Part shown: positions 22,323-33,856 of the stretch, piece by piece | Numbering within the stretch: position 1 is the stretch's first letter | Layout of the letters: each line of letters begins with the position of its first letter | From: the human T2T-CHM13v2.0 reference genome, Homo sapiens | Direction: 5' to 3' (one strand) | Length of the DNA stretch: 64,000 nucleotides | NCBI RefSeq assembly: GCF_009914755.1 | Contig: NC_060937.1 | Position numbers and translations under genes: made by a program | The notes under the pieces: generated by a model | What the model saw: only the letters and a program-made list of their open reading frames with translations | Databases searched by the model: none | Told to the model about the DNA's origin: nothing

Positions 22323-24360
22323 CGCCTTCGGGACGCCGGGGACTCTGCGGCGGCGACCCACGAGCTCGCGGCCCGCGCCCGGCTCCCGCCCCGCCCCGGC
22401 GCGGCGTGGCTTTTGTACAGACGTTCCCACATTCTTGTCAAAAGGAAAATACTGGAGACGAACGCCGGGTGACGCGTGTCCCCCACTCACCTTCCCCGGA
22501 GACCCTGGCGACCGCCGGGCGCTGACACCAGACTTGGGTTTTAGACTGAACTTCGGTGTTTTCTTGAGACTTTTTGTACAGTATTTATCACCTACGGAGG
22601 AAGCGGAAAGCGTTTTCTTTGCTCGAGGGGACAAAAAAGTCAAAACGAGGCGAGAGGCGAAGCCCACTTTTGTATACCGGCCGGCGCGCTCACTTTCCTC
22701 CGCGTTGCTTCCGGACGGCGCCGACCGCCGGAGCCCAAGTGACGCGGAGCTCGTCGCATTTGTTATAAATGTAGTAAGGCAGGTCCAAGCACTTACAAGT
22801 TTTTTGTAGTTGTTACCGCTCTTTTGGGTTGGTTTGTTAATTTATACAAAGAGATTACCACCACCACCCCCTCCTTCAGACGGCGGAGTTATATTCTGGG
22901 TTTTGTAAAACTTTATGTATCTGAGCATTTCCATTTTTTTTTTTGGGTTTTGTATTATTTCTTGTAAATGCATTGTGAAAAATTTTATTTTCGGCGTTGC
23001 AATGCGGGGAGGAGAAGTCAGATTATGTACATAGTTTTCTAAAAAGCCTTTCTTCTAAAAACGAAAAAAGACCCCCCACCCAAAATGTTTCGAGTCAACA
23101 AATTTAAGAGACAGAGCCCATTTTCTCCATAAATTTGTAACATGCTATTTTTATGTGCATGTTTTATGAGTTCAAAATGCAATGAGGAAATCTGACAGGG
23201 AAATTATCTGTATGAACTAAAAGTAAGGGAACCCCGGGGAATGGGAGGACAGGATTTTTCAAGGAACCTTTTTCAATGAAAGAGAAGGAAGTTAAAACCT
23301 ATAGGTTATTTTGTAGAGCTGAGTGTTAATACGGGCCGAGAAATAAAAGTATCTTCTGCTCCGGCTGTTTCACTGCGGACGGCTGGGGCTGCTGCGCGTT
23401 ACCTTGCTGCAAGCGGGGCGCCTTCCACCTGGCTGGGGGTCTGCGCCACAGTTTGGTCCAGAGGAGGGAGGAGGAAGGGAAGACCCCAGTGGTGGGACCC
23501 TGGACCAGGCCATGGATGAAGGACAAAGACCAGGGCAGGTCACGGGTTTCCCAATTCCCCAGCAATTAAGATTTCGAGCAGAATTTATCTAAATGTGTTT
23601 CAAGGAAACACAATCGCTGAACCAAAACGTACTGCAGCCGAGCCCCCTCCGTCCATCCTCTGCCCCTCCCCCTGGCTTCTTTCTCTTGGGAAAACGGGCA
23701 AAATAATTGTGCTGGATTCTCACACACACAGAAATATCGACCATCACCCTCCCCCGCGTGAACTGGGATGCAAGTTGCTAACCGATGTGAACGCAAAATG
23801 CCTTGTTCATTATTCCTGACGAGATCTTGAGGTTGTTTGATGCTTTAAATTTTTTAATTATATTATTTTCTAGGTGTTTATTGGTACATTGCAGTTTTTT
23901 TTTGAAATTTAAAAATTTCTGTAAAACTTTGTCTTCAAGTAATCTGACAGCATTAAATATTGCATTTAAAAATTATACTGTAGCAAATACATTTAAAAAT
24001 TAATCACAACGTTAAGATGAAATTATATTTTTGGAAAAAAAAAACACTTGAAGCCCAGATGGAAATACGTTTATTTCAGCAGCCTTAGGTTTCCCCTCGC
24101 TTTCTCAACACCCTTCCTTGTCCTGGAGTATGGACTGTCCGTCCAAAAGTGAGCCTATGCTATAAGTTTAATGAGAACCGAATTCAGCCTGCATTCGAGA
24201 ATAGCTTTAAGTATAATGCTGATCTGACAATTGACGTGTAATTTGGGAAGTCATTTTGATAATTTTGCTTAAACCACTCATTCGTTAAAGTGATTACAAA
24301 AAAGTTCAAGAATGATGTCCACTGCTTTCTAACAAGATAATAAACCCCCCCCCTCTTTTC
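22323..24360 (+). other. SOX1: SOX1 3'UTR (minimum extent; may run further)
   Basis: U-rich sequence after the stop with many TTTTGTA motifs; candidate polyadenylation signals AATAAA 23342-23347, ATTAAA 23952-23957 and AATAAA 24339-24344. Confidence 0.7.
24339..24344 (+). terminator. Candidate polyadenylation signal AATAAA
   Basis: AATAAA followed by a U-rich downstream tract (24355-24385). Confidence 0.5.
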
Positions 24361-25269
24361 TTTTTCTTTATTTTTATTTCTTTTAGCTATTTGATCCTTT
24401 CTGAAGCAGTTGTTTCTGGAAGAGTCTGTGCGCCCATGGATGGCTGAGCACCACTACGACTTAGTCCGGGATAAGGGCCTCCCCAGTCCTCTCCGGGAGA
24501 TGATTTGGGAAATTTTATAATGCTTGTTCTGTTAACTCACCGGGACCTTGAGGGTCCAATGGGACCTTGAGGGTTTTCTCTGAAATATACAAACTTAAAG
24601 GACTCTCTCTGAGGTTCTTTGACTGACGTCCACTCTCAGTCTGGCCCCTGTGCTCCCCTGTGTGTACCCTGGAGTTTCTGTGTCCAATTGTTGGCATCTA
24701 GGTCTTGGCTCAAGATTAGGATGTGGGCCCCACTTTAGAGGCACAGACTATGAAAAGCTGAGTTAGTGCGCCCGGGACGCCAGGCAAGCAGCTTTTACAG
24801 TTTGGCATCTTATTGCAGGTGCTTCGTGCACAGTCAGCTGAAATAGCCAATGCCAGGTGCTCCAACCACCTTATTTCCTTGTTTTGTTGATTAGAACAAC
24901 ACAGAAAAAAGCAAATATAAATTTTTAATGACTCCATTTAAAAATATCACAGGGTGGGGGCAAGGAAATTAGCTGAGATTCATCTCAGGATTGAGATTCT
25001 ATCCCCCCTTCCCCGCCCCCAGCAGTGTCGCTCCAATTCAAATTAGTGGAGAAAAGATTACAGTAGGCCCTGAGCCGACTGTGAATTCGGTGCTTGGCCA
25101 AGGTAACACTCATCGTATTCACGGAGTGAAATACTATATGATGATAGTTATTATATTATATGACGACTTCATTCACTTCCCAAATCACAGGGTGGTGCTT
25201 CTGTCGCTTAGTCCAATTATGTTTGCAACCCGTGTAGGGAAGGCGGATAGGAGTCTTTGAGGCCTAGTG

Positions 25270-27600
25270 CAAAGTTTGCATCAGTTTCTGCGGGGGCGAC
25301 AGTGTGACTTCGTAAATCTGCCATTGCGCTCGGGCCCTGCCCTCCAAACTGAGGGTAGGAGGGTTTACTTGAGGGTTTTTTTGCTTTGTTTTGTTCTGTT
25401 TTTGCCTTGTTTTGTTTTTCAACTCACCCGCCCCTTTTGTTGTTGAGATTTTGACGTCCCCTTCCCCGGAGAAACCCACCCGTAACGTACTAGATGGATT
25501 AGTTTTAAAGAAGACTCGGGCACAGCGTGATCTCCAGATGCGCGTCGGGAGCGTGACTGATAGGTCTATTAAAATCACGCGTGTGGGAGAACGGCACTCA
25601 TGCTCCCGCGTTTCATTCCCCCGGCAAAGACTGGGCGCCGCAGATTTCTGTCTCCGGAAAATTCCAGTTAATTCAAGAAACCCATCCCCGGACGTGTGCC
25701 CGCCCCCCCCCGAAGGCTCGCTTCAGGCCAGCCCGGACTCCAGCGCCCCCTCGACCCCGTCGGGCTCCGGCCGACTCCCGCCCCCTCCCCACCCACGCTC
25801 GGCCTGGGCCCGGGGGCAGCGGCTCCAGAGGCGTCGGCGGCAGAATTTAACCCCCGGTCTGAGTCCTTGGAAACTTCAAGTGAAAAGCAGACTTGGCCTT
25901 GGCGCGGCTCTCTTTCCAGCGTGACTATCTGGCGAGACTGAAAGGCCAGGCCAGATGGGGAAAAGTGAGCGGGGTGCGGGCCCCCAGTATCCGGCGGGGT
26001 GGGGCGGCGTCAGGACGGAGCGAGGGCCGGCGGGGGGGCTCGCGTGGAGGCCCAGGCCGGGAGGTGGGGACGCAGGGACCCCTCACCCAGTCCTCTGCTC
26101 CCGCCCGAGCCAGGCCTCGGGATCACCTCCCCTTGCCTGAGGGCGAGCTCTCCTCCTCCCTCTTCCTCCCCGCCTCCCCCGTTCTTCCCTCCCTCTCTCC
26201 CTCCTCCCTCCCCGGCCCTTCCTCTCCAGCTGCGCGCCCGCCGGGACCACGCTCCTCCCGCCCCCGGGAGCCGAGCGGCGTCTGCGGCTGGTCCGGACGT
26301 GTCCCCTCCGGGCGGGGGTGGCCGGGCCTCCTCGGGGCCTCGGGCCTCCCGGGCGCACCCCCCTGCCTGCGCCTCTCCAAGTCGCCCTTTCTCCGGCTCT
26401 GCCCGCGGCTGAGCCCCGCACACCGCGCCGCTGTCCTTGGGGTCCCGGCACACGGCGTTCCCTCCCCGCCCCCGCCATCCACTCCCACCGCCTCTCCAGT
26501 CCCTGTGCCGTCTCCACCGCCCTCTGACTCCCGCACCGAGCTGCGTCTCCGCCGCCGGCCTCTCTCAGCGCGGCCCGGCCTCCTCTTTGTCTTTGAAGCT
26601 CCCCCGCCGAGGCCCGCGCGCGGCTCCCCTCTCCGTCCCTCTCCGGCCCTTGGGCGCCCAGTCGGAGGTCGGGGCGGGATGGGGCACGAGTCTCGGGGCG
26701 GCCCGCGCTCCCCCTACTAGTCCCCTCATTGCCTCGGCCCCGTCCCCGCAGCCTCGGGGCGGGAGGGCGCAGGGGTCCCCGGGCGCCCTGGGAGCCCATC
26801 TCCCTCAGGTCCGCGCCGGTGTCAGCCGCCGGCGGGGGGCGGGTGGAGATTAAGATGAGTGCTGCGAGGGACGGGGCCGAGGGTTTTGTGTAGAAGGAGA
26901 GCAGGATTAGTGGAGAGAAAGTGCTGACCCGGGGTCAGCCGCAAGTCAAACCCTTTTACACTCAGCCGGCGGAACGAGCACGGCTCGGGCCGGACGGCAA
27001 CAAGTGGGCGCGAAGGGAGGGGGAGGGGAGGCCGGGTACCGGCCGGGTCCGGCGTGAGAGAGGGGAGGGGGAGGGGACGCGGCCACAGCGCCCCAGGGCC
27101 TCAGCGTCATCGGGGACGGGCGCCGAGGGGAGCGCGCACCAGCGACCCGGGCGCGGACTGGGGCCTGCAGGGCGTGACTGGCTGCCCCCCAGGACTCCAT
27201 CTCCTTCATAAACACCTGCCTTTTCCATTCCCCGGGGCCGCTTCGGCTGCTCCTCTGGAGGGAAGACTGGGGAGAAGGTTGCCTGCGCTCTCTGCCCCAG
27301 AGGCTCTGTTTTAGAAACTGTTTCTTAATTTCCATAAGAAACAAAAAAATCACAGGAAGGCCTGGTTCCTCTCCCGGACGACTGCGTCCCCAGGCTCTCC
27401 AGGAATCTTCGCCTTATCCGAGCTTCTTCGCAGCCCTGGATCTATTTCTGGGGGGCGTGTGTGACGCAGAATCGGGGTATAAAATATCAATGCTGTTTGT
27501 CACGACACCGCTTTCTCCACCCGGGCAGAGCTGCGGCTCCCGGGCGTTGCGCGTGGCGTTTTTCATCACGGAGGGAAAGCCGCGGCTCCGCGGGAAAGGA
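25270..27600. promoter_or_regulatory. CpG island downstream of SOX1
   Basis: Dense CpG, GC boxes and C-rich/G-rich runs. Confidence 0.85.
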
Positions 27601-28942
27601 GTGAAAACCGAGTGTGGGTGAAGAGGAGAGGGAGGTCAGGGGGCAAGGGAAGAAAGCAGATAAATGCATCTTCCCTAGCAGCCAAGCTGGAAATTTGTGC
27701 TGAAAGTACAACAGCAAGAGTTTTCACATGAAAAACACGTGAAGAACCCGAGCAAGTGATAGATCCAAAGACGGAAAATGATCGTCTATTTTGATAGTAA
27801 AAATAAAAAGAACAGAATTGACATATTTTCGTCTAAATTACTTTTCATCTGCCGATATGAAACACCAACACTCAAACAAAAACAAAGGACAAAGCAGTTT
27901 TTAAAAACAACACAAAACAAGCAACTCTGAGTGAATGACCTGTCCACAGCTTACCCTGGGTGACATGGGGGCGCTGTGATGGAAAATGGGTTCTGGGTTC
28001 AAAATCAAGCCACAGAACGCTGCCTGGCGAGTTGCTAAGTGTGACTTGTGGGGAAATCGTGTCTGCGGCAGAAACACTGGACCTTGTGAGTAATTCCCGA
28101 TGCCCGGTAGGCAGCTGGCGAGGCTGTAATTGCCCTCGGCCACTTCAGAGCAACCATGTGGGTGCATTGAAGACGTTGTTTGTGGAGAGCAGCAGGTCAT
28201 CACATGCAAAGCCCTGAAATAGTCAGCCAGTCAAATCAGTGGAAAAAATCCGCTTTTGTTAGATTTTGCAGTTTCAGGAATTAGGCATTCACTGCAGAGC
28301 TGCAGTTTTGAGAAATTGCAATGTCAGGCATGTTCCCAATGGGGAAATATTGTGAGTGTGGAGGAACGTGAGATGGGGTTTGACAATGGGGAGACTGACA
28401 AGAGTCATCACCCAGACATTGTTTTCTCTCTGAGCACCCCGGAAATGCTAACGAGAGATGATATTTAGTGGCAGCAATAGCACTCTGCGCTAGTCCTATG
28501 CACTCCTAAGACACAGAAACGAGTCTCGGGCAGCTAAGGAACTGACCTGGGATTTCCCAGGTCAGGATGGGTCCCTGGAATTTGCAGGGCAGAGGTGCCT
28601 TCTAGGTACCTAGAACCTAGAAACATTAGACTAGTGGTGTCAGGATCAACCTGAAAAAATTCAAAGCAGAGGCCAACGTATCATTTTCGTTCTAAGTAAC
28701 AGAACAGAAGGAAAGCCAGGTGAGCAATATTTTAACCTCAGAAAGGGTTTAGCAACCCCGTGTTTTAGGTAATTCAAACTCCAGTGGGACATTTCAGTAA
28801 GTGGAAAAGCCTGAACTTCAGTGGTGAGAGTGTCCAGGTAGATGGAGAAGCAGAAGCCAGCTCTTTATGTTAGAAATTGAACTGAAGAATGAAGTTTCCT
28901 TGTAAAAACTGGCCGTTTTCACCGTGTCATGCAGGCCAGAGA

Positions 28943-29010
28943 TTAGCTCTGTGTCCTTGGGCAAATGTCCTTACCTCTGAGTCCATTTCCTCAGATGTAA
29001 AGCAGAAATT
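28943..29010 (+). mobile_element. MIR core fragment
   Basis: ctgtgtccttgggcaaatgtccttacctctgagtccatttcctcagatgtaaa. Confidence 0.65.
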
Positions 29011-29254
29011 ACAAAACCAGCTTCCCAGGGATGCATCATCTAAGGTGCATGCAGGGCCCAGCAAATAGGAAGCACTCGCTCCAGAATCATCTGGAGTGGA
29101 AGCCCGTGTGAGCTCAGGGCACGTCCAATGGACAATTGGGACATTAAGTGCCAGATCTGCCCTCGGCAGGAAACAATGGAAATGATACAAACCACAGTCT
29201 TTCCATGTATCCATATTAATAGTGATTTCTCTGTAAAGTTGCTTGACAGTTACG

Positions 29255-29560
29255 ACATTCGTTCTTTCATCTGTTCAACAAGCATTTATTACAAGTTTGT
29301 TACGTGTTCAAGTTGAGTATGAACACATGCTATGTATGCAACCTGTGTCCAGGTGCTGAGGATGCAAAGATCAACCCGACAGGGCTCACCATCTGGTGGG
29401 TGAGACTGATGATCACACAGGCAAGTATGATGTCGAGGGTTATGGGTGTGGGACACAGGCCCATGCCAGATGCTCAGGTAGGGTGCTCTGGCCCAGTGTA
29501 TGAGAACCGAGGAAGGTTTTGCAGAGGAGGTACACCCACGGTGGAGCCTGTGACTTCCTG
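29255..29560 (-). mobile_element. L2 3' fragment
   Basis: cattcgttctttcatctgttcaacaagcatttatt...ggtgctgaggatgcaaag. Confidence 0.55.
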
Positions 29561-29759
29561 GTGCTCCAATAAATACTCCCTCAGGTGGCCTTCCCATGAG
29601 ATGTGCATGTTGGATGTTCTTTATCAGTAGATACAGATTGCAATGTAAATTTGAACAGAGTGTATGTGATAGTTGCTTTGTTTTTTAATGAATGATTGCT
29701 TCGGATTGGTCTTGGTGGTCAAAGATTGAAACTCAGAGGTTTGCAAGGGCAATGGTCTT

Positions 29760-29935
29760 TCAGCATCAAGGTGCATGGGATCACTAGGAGAGCTGGCTCC
29801 AAATTCAGGTTCTCAGACCCAGTGCCGCTGGTAGGCTGCTTCTGGGGCTCCAGCGGGCCTCAAGGATCTGCCCTTTCTTAGACACACTTGGGGGAGATTT
29901 TGAGGCCAGTCCTGGATGACACTTGGGAAACCCGT
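29760..29935. mobile_element. MER5-like hAT-Charlie MITE
   Basis: gcatgggatcactaggagagct...gatctgccctttct...acacttgggaaaccc resembles MER5. Confidence 0.45.
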
Positions 29936-32087
29936 GTTAGGAGATGGGCCTATTTTTTTTTTTATGGTAAGTAGCTACTAAGACTACATCATTTAAATTT
30001 GAGTAGCTATTTATTATTTATAAAGTGCTCTTACTTAATTGTTCAATTGAGATGATTTTTGAAAAAAATTAAATTAGTGGAAGACTAAAAAAAATTTTTG
30101 AGCTGAATTATTAGAATCTTCCTAATAGAAAAGACTGATGTACTGATTTTAGTTCCATTTTCCTACGGGTTGTGTTAGCTGCCTGTAAATACATCCTAAC
30201 TCTCCTGAAGTGCAGTCAGTGTGGAACAAGGGAAGCAGAAACCACATGTGATCTTTGATTTAAAGAAAGGTTGATTAAAAGGACTACACACAGTCATGGA
30301 TTGTGTCTCATCAATTTCTAATTGTAACAAACTAATTTGTATGTAAGTAGACTGGCTCTGTGCAATCCTTATGAATACAATATAGGCCAAAACACTCATG
30401 TTGTTGAGGGTTATTTTAAGGACCTTTGAAATGTCAGAGAAGGGCCATGTAATAGTGCCGCAACAGGGTTGAACTGCCTCTGTCCAATAGATCATAACTA
30501 TAATAATAATGATGATATGGTATGTAGCTACTGAATTTCTCGATAGTATCATCTGTAAAATGGGAAGATCTTATTAGAAAGGCTTGATAGAATAAGTACT
30601 TCAGATTTCTTTGAGACAAAGGGGTTATGCAAATAGAAGGGGCTAAACAGAATAAATTATTGTGTATCAACAGTATTTTATCTACAAAGCATTTAATTTG
30701 GCATTATGGATGTTACCATACTGCTGCTCATAATGAAGAGAGCATTCATTATATTTCTAGATAGAGATACAGATTAGGGGATGGTTGTGGAGGAACTCAT
30801 TCTCTGTTTGAATAGCATGTAAGAAAAATAAATTTTAAATAAGAGAATTTTACAAATATTTTAAAATTTAAAATGTTTATTTAGAAGAGATATATTTTAG
30901 TTTTTCAAACTGAGAATAATGCTTTAAATATGTTCTTAATTTTAAAATACTGACCGTGAAATTTGGATAACAAACCAAGTTATTTACTTACTTGGGAATT
31001 ATATAAAATTATTGAAATGTTTTAACCAACACTTTATTATTTGAAAATGAATATATCACCTGTAGCAACTATTTGCAGAAAAATAAAATTATATTTAAAA
31101 TCACAGCTCAAATTAAATCATGCAATTGCATTAAGATATAATAAAAGCAAAATGGATCATTTTAAATCAATCTATAAACTAAAAGCTCAATACCAATTTG
31201 AATAACATGTTTTTACTTAATTTGAGCCAATTCTGATGATATTAAATTAGGTTTGAGAAAAACAGAACATTTGCAATAACATTTTAAGGTGATTTCATCA
31301 CTTGAGAATTTTTTTCAAAACTTAACCAAAGAAGGGCCAAGGCCCCATGCCTGCCCCTGCAGCCCCTGCCGCAGCGAGTCCTCCTCCACTGGGTGAGTGA
31401 AGCCTTCCCCCCTGTGGAATGTGTCCTGAGGCAGCGGTGCTCCTGGGTAGAAGCACATGGAGGCAGGTCCCCCCCTCATCACCTGGCCTCCCCAGGCACA
31501 GCAACTGTGTCTGGCTAGACTTTTAAAGTTTTTATTTCCAGAATCAGCACAGCCCTGGGCACATAGCAGAGGGGCAATAAATATTTACTGAGTTTAATTC
31601 AGTACAGCAGGGCAGACGCAGGGATCCCAGAGCCAACACAGGGAAAGGCTGGCCCGTGTCGGCCCAGGGAGTCCCTCTGTCCCTGTGGACATGGGACCAG
31701 CCTGTCCTCATGAGGGGGCCGTGGACCCCAAAGGCTCTGTCACAGAACACCAGGAACGTCAGTCATTGCCCAGCTGAGGCTGCTGTTGCTGTGGTTATTA
31801 AGAGACAGAAAGCGCAGTCCGGCGCCCAGAGATGAGGGGCTGGAAAAGCCGGGGAGATAAGCAGCCTGCTCCCGCTGCATGGCGGGGCGTGGGCCCCTGC
31901 TCAGGTGCAGGAGAGCTGGGGAGGGTGCCTGAGCTGCTGCGGGAGGAAGCCACAGGGCGGGGCGGGGGTCTGTGTGAGGCCAACACTGGACCTGGGACTG
32001 CGGGCCAGGGAGCCCGCTTTCCAGCCCTGAATTCCCCGGGACCTGCTGCATAATTCCCCACGTAGTTTGGTGCAAGGAATGCTTGTA

Positions 32088-32760
32088 GGTTGTGCTGTTG
32101 TGTTGTATTGTGCTGTGCTGTTTTGTTGTATTGTATTGTTACACTATGTTGCGTTGTACTGTGCTGTGCTGTATTGTGTTATGCTGTTTGGTTCTGTTGT
32201 GTTGTGCTGTATTGCGCTGTGTGTTGTGTTGTGTTGTGTTGTGCTGTATTGTGCTGTGTGCTGTGTGTTGTGTTGTACTGTGTTGTGTTGTGCTGTGCCG
32301 TGTGTTGTGCTGTGCTGTGTTGTGTTGTGCTGTGTGTTATATTGTGCTGTGCTGTGTTGTGTGCTGTGTATTGTGCTGTGCTGTGTGTTGTGCTGTGCTG
32401 ATGTGCTGTGTGCTGTGCTGTGTGTTGTGTTGTCTGTGTGTTGTGTGCTGTGTGCTATGTGTTGTGTTGTGCTGTGTGTTATATTGTGCTGTGCTGTGTT
32501 GTGCTGTGTGCTGTGTGTTGTGTTGTACTGTGTGTTGTGTTGTGTTATGCTGTGTTGTGTGTTATGTTATATTGTGCTGTGTGCTGTGTGTTGTGTTGTA
32601 CTGTGTGTTGTGGTGTTGTGTTGTGCTGTGCTGTGTGTTGTGTTGTGTTGTACTGTGTGTTGTGTTATGCTGTGTTGTGTTATGTTAATTGTGCTGTAGT
32701 GTGCTGTGTGTTGTGTTGTACTGTGTGTTGTGTTGTGTTGTGCTGTGCTGTGCTGTGTTG
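32088..32760. repeat. Degenerate TG-rich pentamer repeat (TGTGC/TGTGT/TGTTG/TGTAT)n, ~670 bp
   Basis: Directly visible; the + strand is nearly devoid of A and yields spurious Cys/Val/Leu ORFs in all three frames. Confidence 0.97.
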
Positions 32761-33237
32761 GGTCCTATTATATTAAGATAAGGTGCACAGGGCTAGTTCA
32801 GGCACACAGAAAGAGCAGGCCAGGCAGGGAACAGGCAGCCCCACTCCCTCCCCCAGACTGAAACCAGAACTGTGAGGGACCCTGCTGGGCCACACTCTGG
32901 CTTTGTCATGGAGCCATTAGGAGGCCTCTGCGGGGCACACCATGAGACAGAATCTTGACGTAGAAATAGGCCCACAGCTAGTCCCACCTGCTCTGCCTCC
33001 GGGGCCGGGTTATGATTCCACTTTGTGCCAACCCTTGCTGCAGTGTGGATTTGACTGTGTTACTTGCTTGGATATTTGAAATATACAAACCTAGGAATTT
33101 ATTTTTGATAATCAGAATGATTGGTGTCAGCACAGTGCAAAAGCAGCAAAAATAGATAATGTTATATCAATTATGTCACCCTTCCCTGGTGACAGGGTGG
33201 TGCCTCGGGACCCACCTCAACCTGGTCCGTGATGCCT

Positions 33238-33856
33238 GTGGTTTCTCAAACTGTGAGCCAAGGAACCCCAGAGCCCCACAAGCTCAGCATAGCTTTAAAT
33301 TCTGAGGGAAACAGCAACGCCGGCCACTTCCCAGGCCCTGTGAGCTAGCTGGAGGCAGTTTTAGACTTCACTTCCCAGGCCCTGTGAGCTAGCTGGAGGC
33401 AGTTTTAGACTTCTCTTCCCAGGCCCTGTGAGCTAGCTGGAGGCAGCTTTAGACTCCCAGGGTGAACTTGCAGCTACACTCCCTGGATGACATCATATCT
33501 TTGTGAAACTGGGTTCTTGGCAGTTGCTGTGTCAAAAGCAATTCCTGTGGGAAAAGTGCAGACCAGGAAATGCAGGGTTGGGCGGAACCAGAGGCAAGGC
33601 TGGAGAGGCCGTGCGGCTCAAGACAGGCACGTGCAGACCACCAGTATGCAAGGCTGGTGTGCAAGAAGTGAGGTGAAAATAGTATTCTTTATTTCAGTCT
33701 ATATGTGTCACTTTAAAAAATGACTGCTACGTTATTAGAACAGAAATATATATGAAGTTGTTTGAAGTTAACTATTTAACAAACAGAATAGTTAGGCATT
33801 TCAGCTTGGGGCACTGTAAAAAATCCCTGGGGGTGCTAAGGGTGTTATGAAAACCT
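33238..33856 (+). mobile_element. hAT-Charlie DNA transposon fossil with transposase C-terminal remnant
   Basis: Charlie-like terminus gtggtttctcaaactgtg. The translation TSYLCETGF (33490-33516) matches the hAT C-terminal dimerisation motif T-Y-L-C-E-x-G-F. Confidence 0.65.
33327..33455. repeat. 44-bp tandem repeat, ~3 copies
   Basis: cttcccaggccctgtgagctagctggaggcagttttagactt starts at 33327, 33371 and 33415. Confidence 0.97.

Larger units (their letters stand above)
19300..22760. promoter_or_regulatory. CpG island spanning the SOX1 promoter and CDS
   Basis: Extreme GC/CpG density over the promoter, 5'UTR and entire coding region. Confidence 0.92.

Noticed and set aside
20361-22667. 768-aa antisense ORF across SOX1
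   Set aside because: Mirror of a very GC-rich coding strand that lacks stop codons; Arg/Gly/Ala low complexity with no recognisable domain.
32067-32776. Cys/Val-rich ORFs resembling metallothionein or keratin-associated proteins
   Set aside because: Translations of a TG-rich simple repeat that is open in all three frames.
33327-33455. Possible CRISPR-like short repeats
   Set aside because: Contiguous tandem units without spacers.
33487-33723. Intact transposase gene
   Set aside because: Only a short hAT motif survives and the rest is frameshifted or degenerate; annotated as a fossil.
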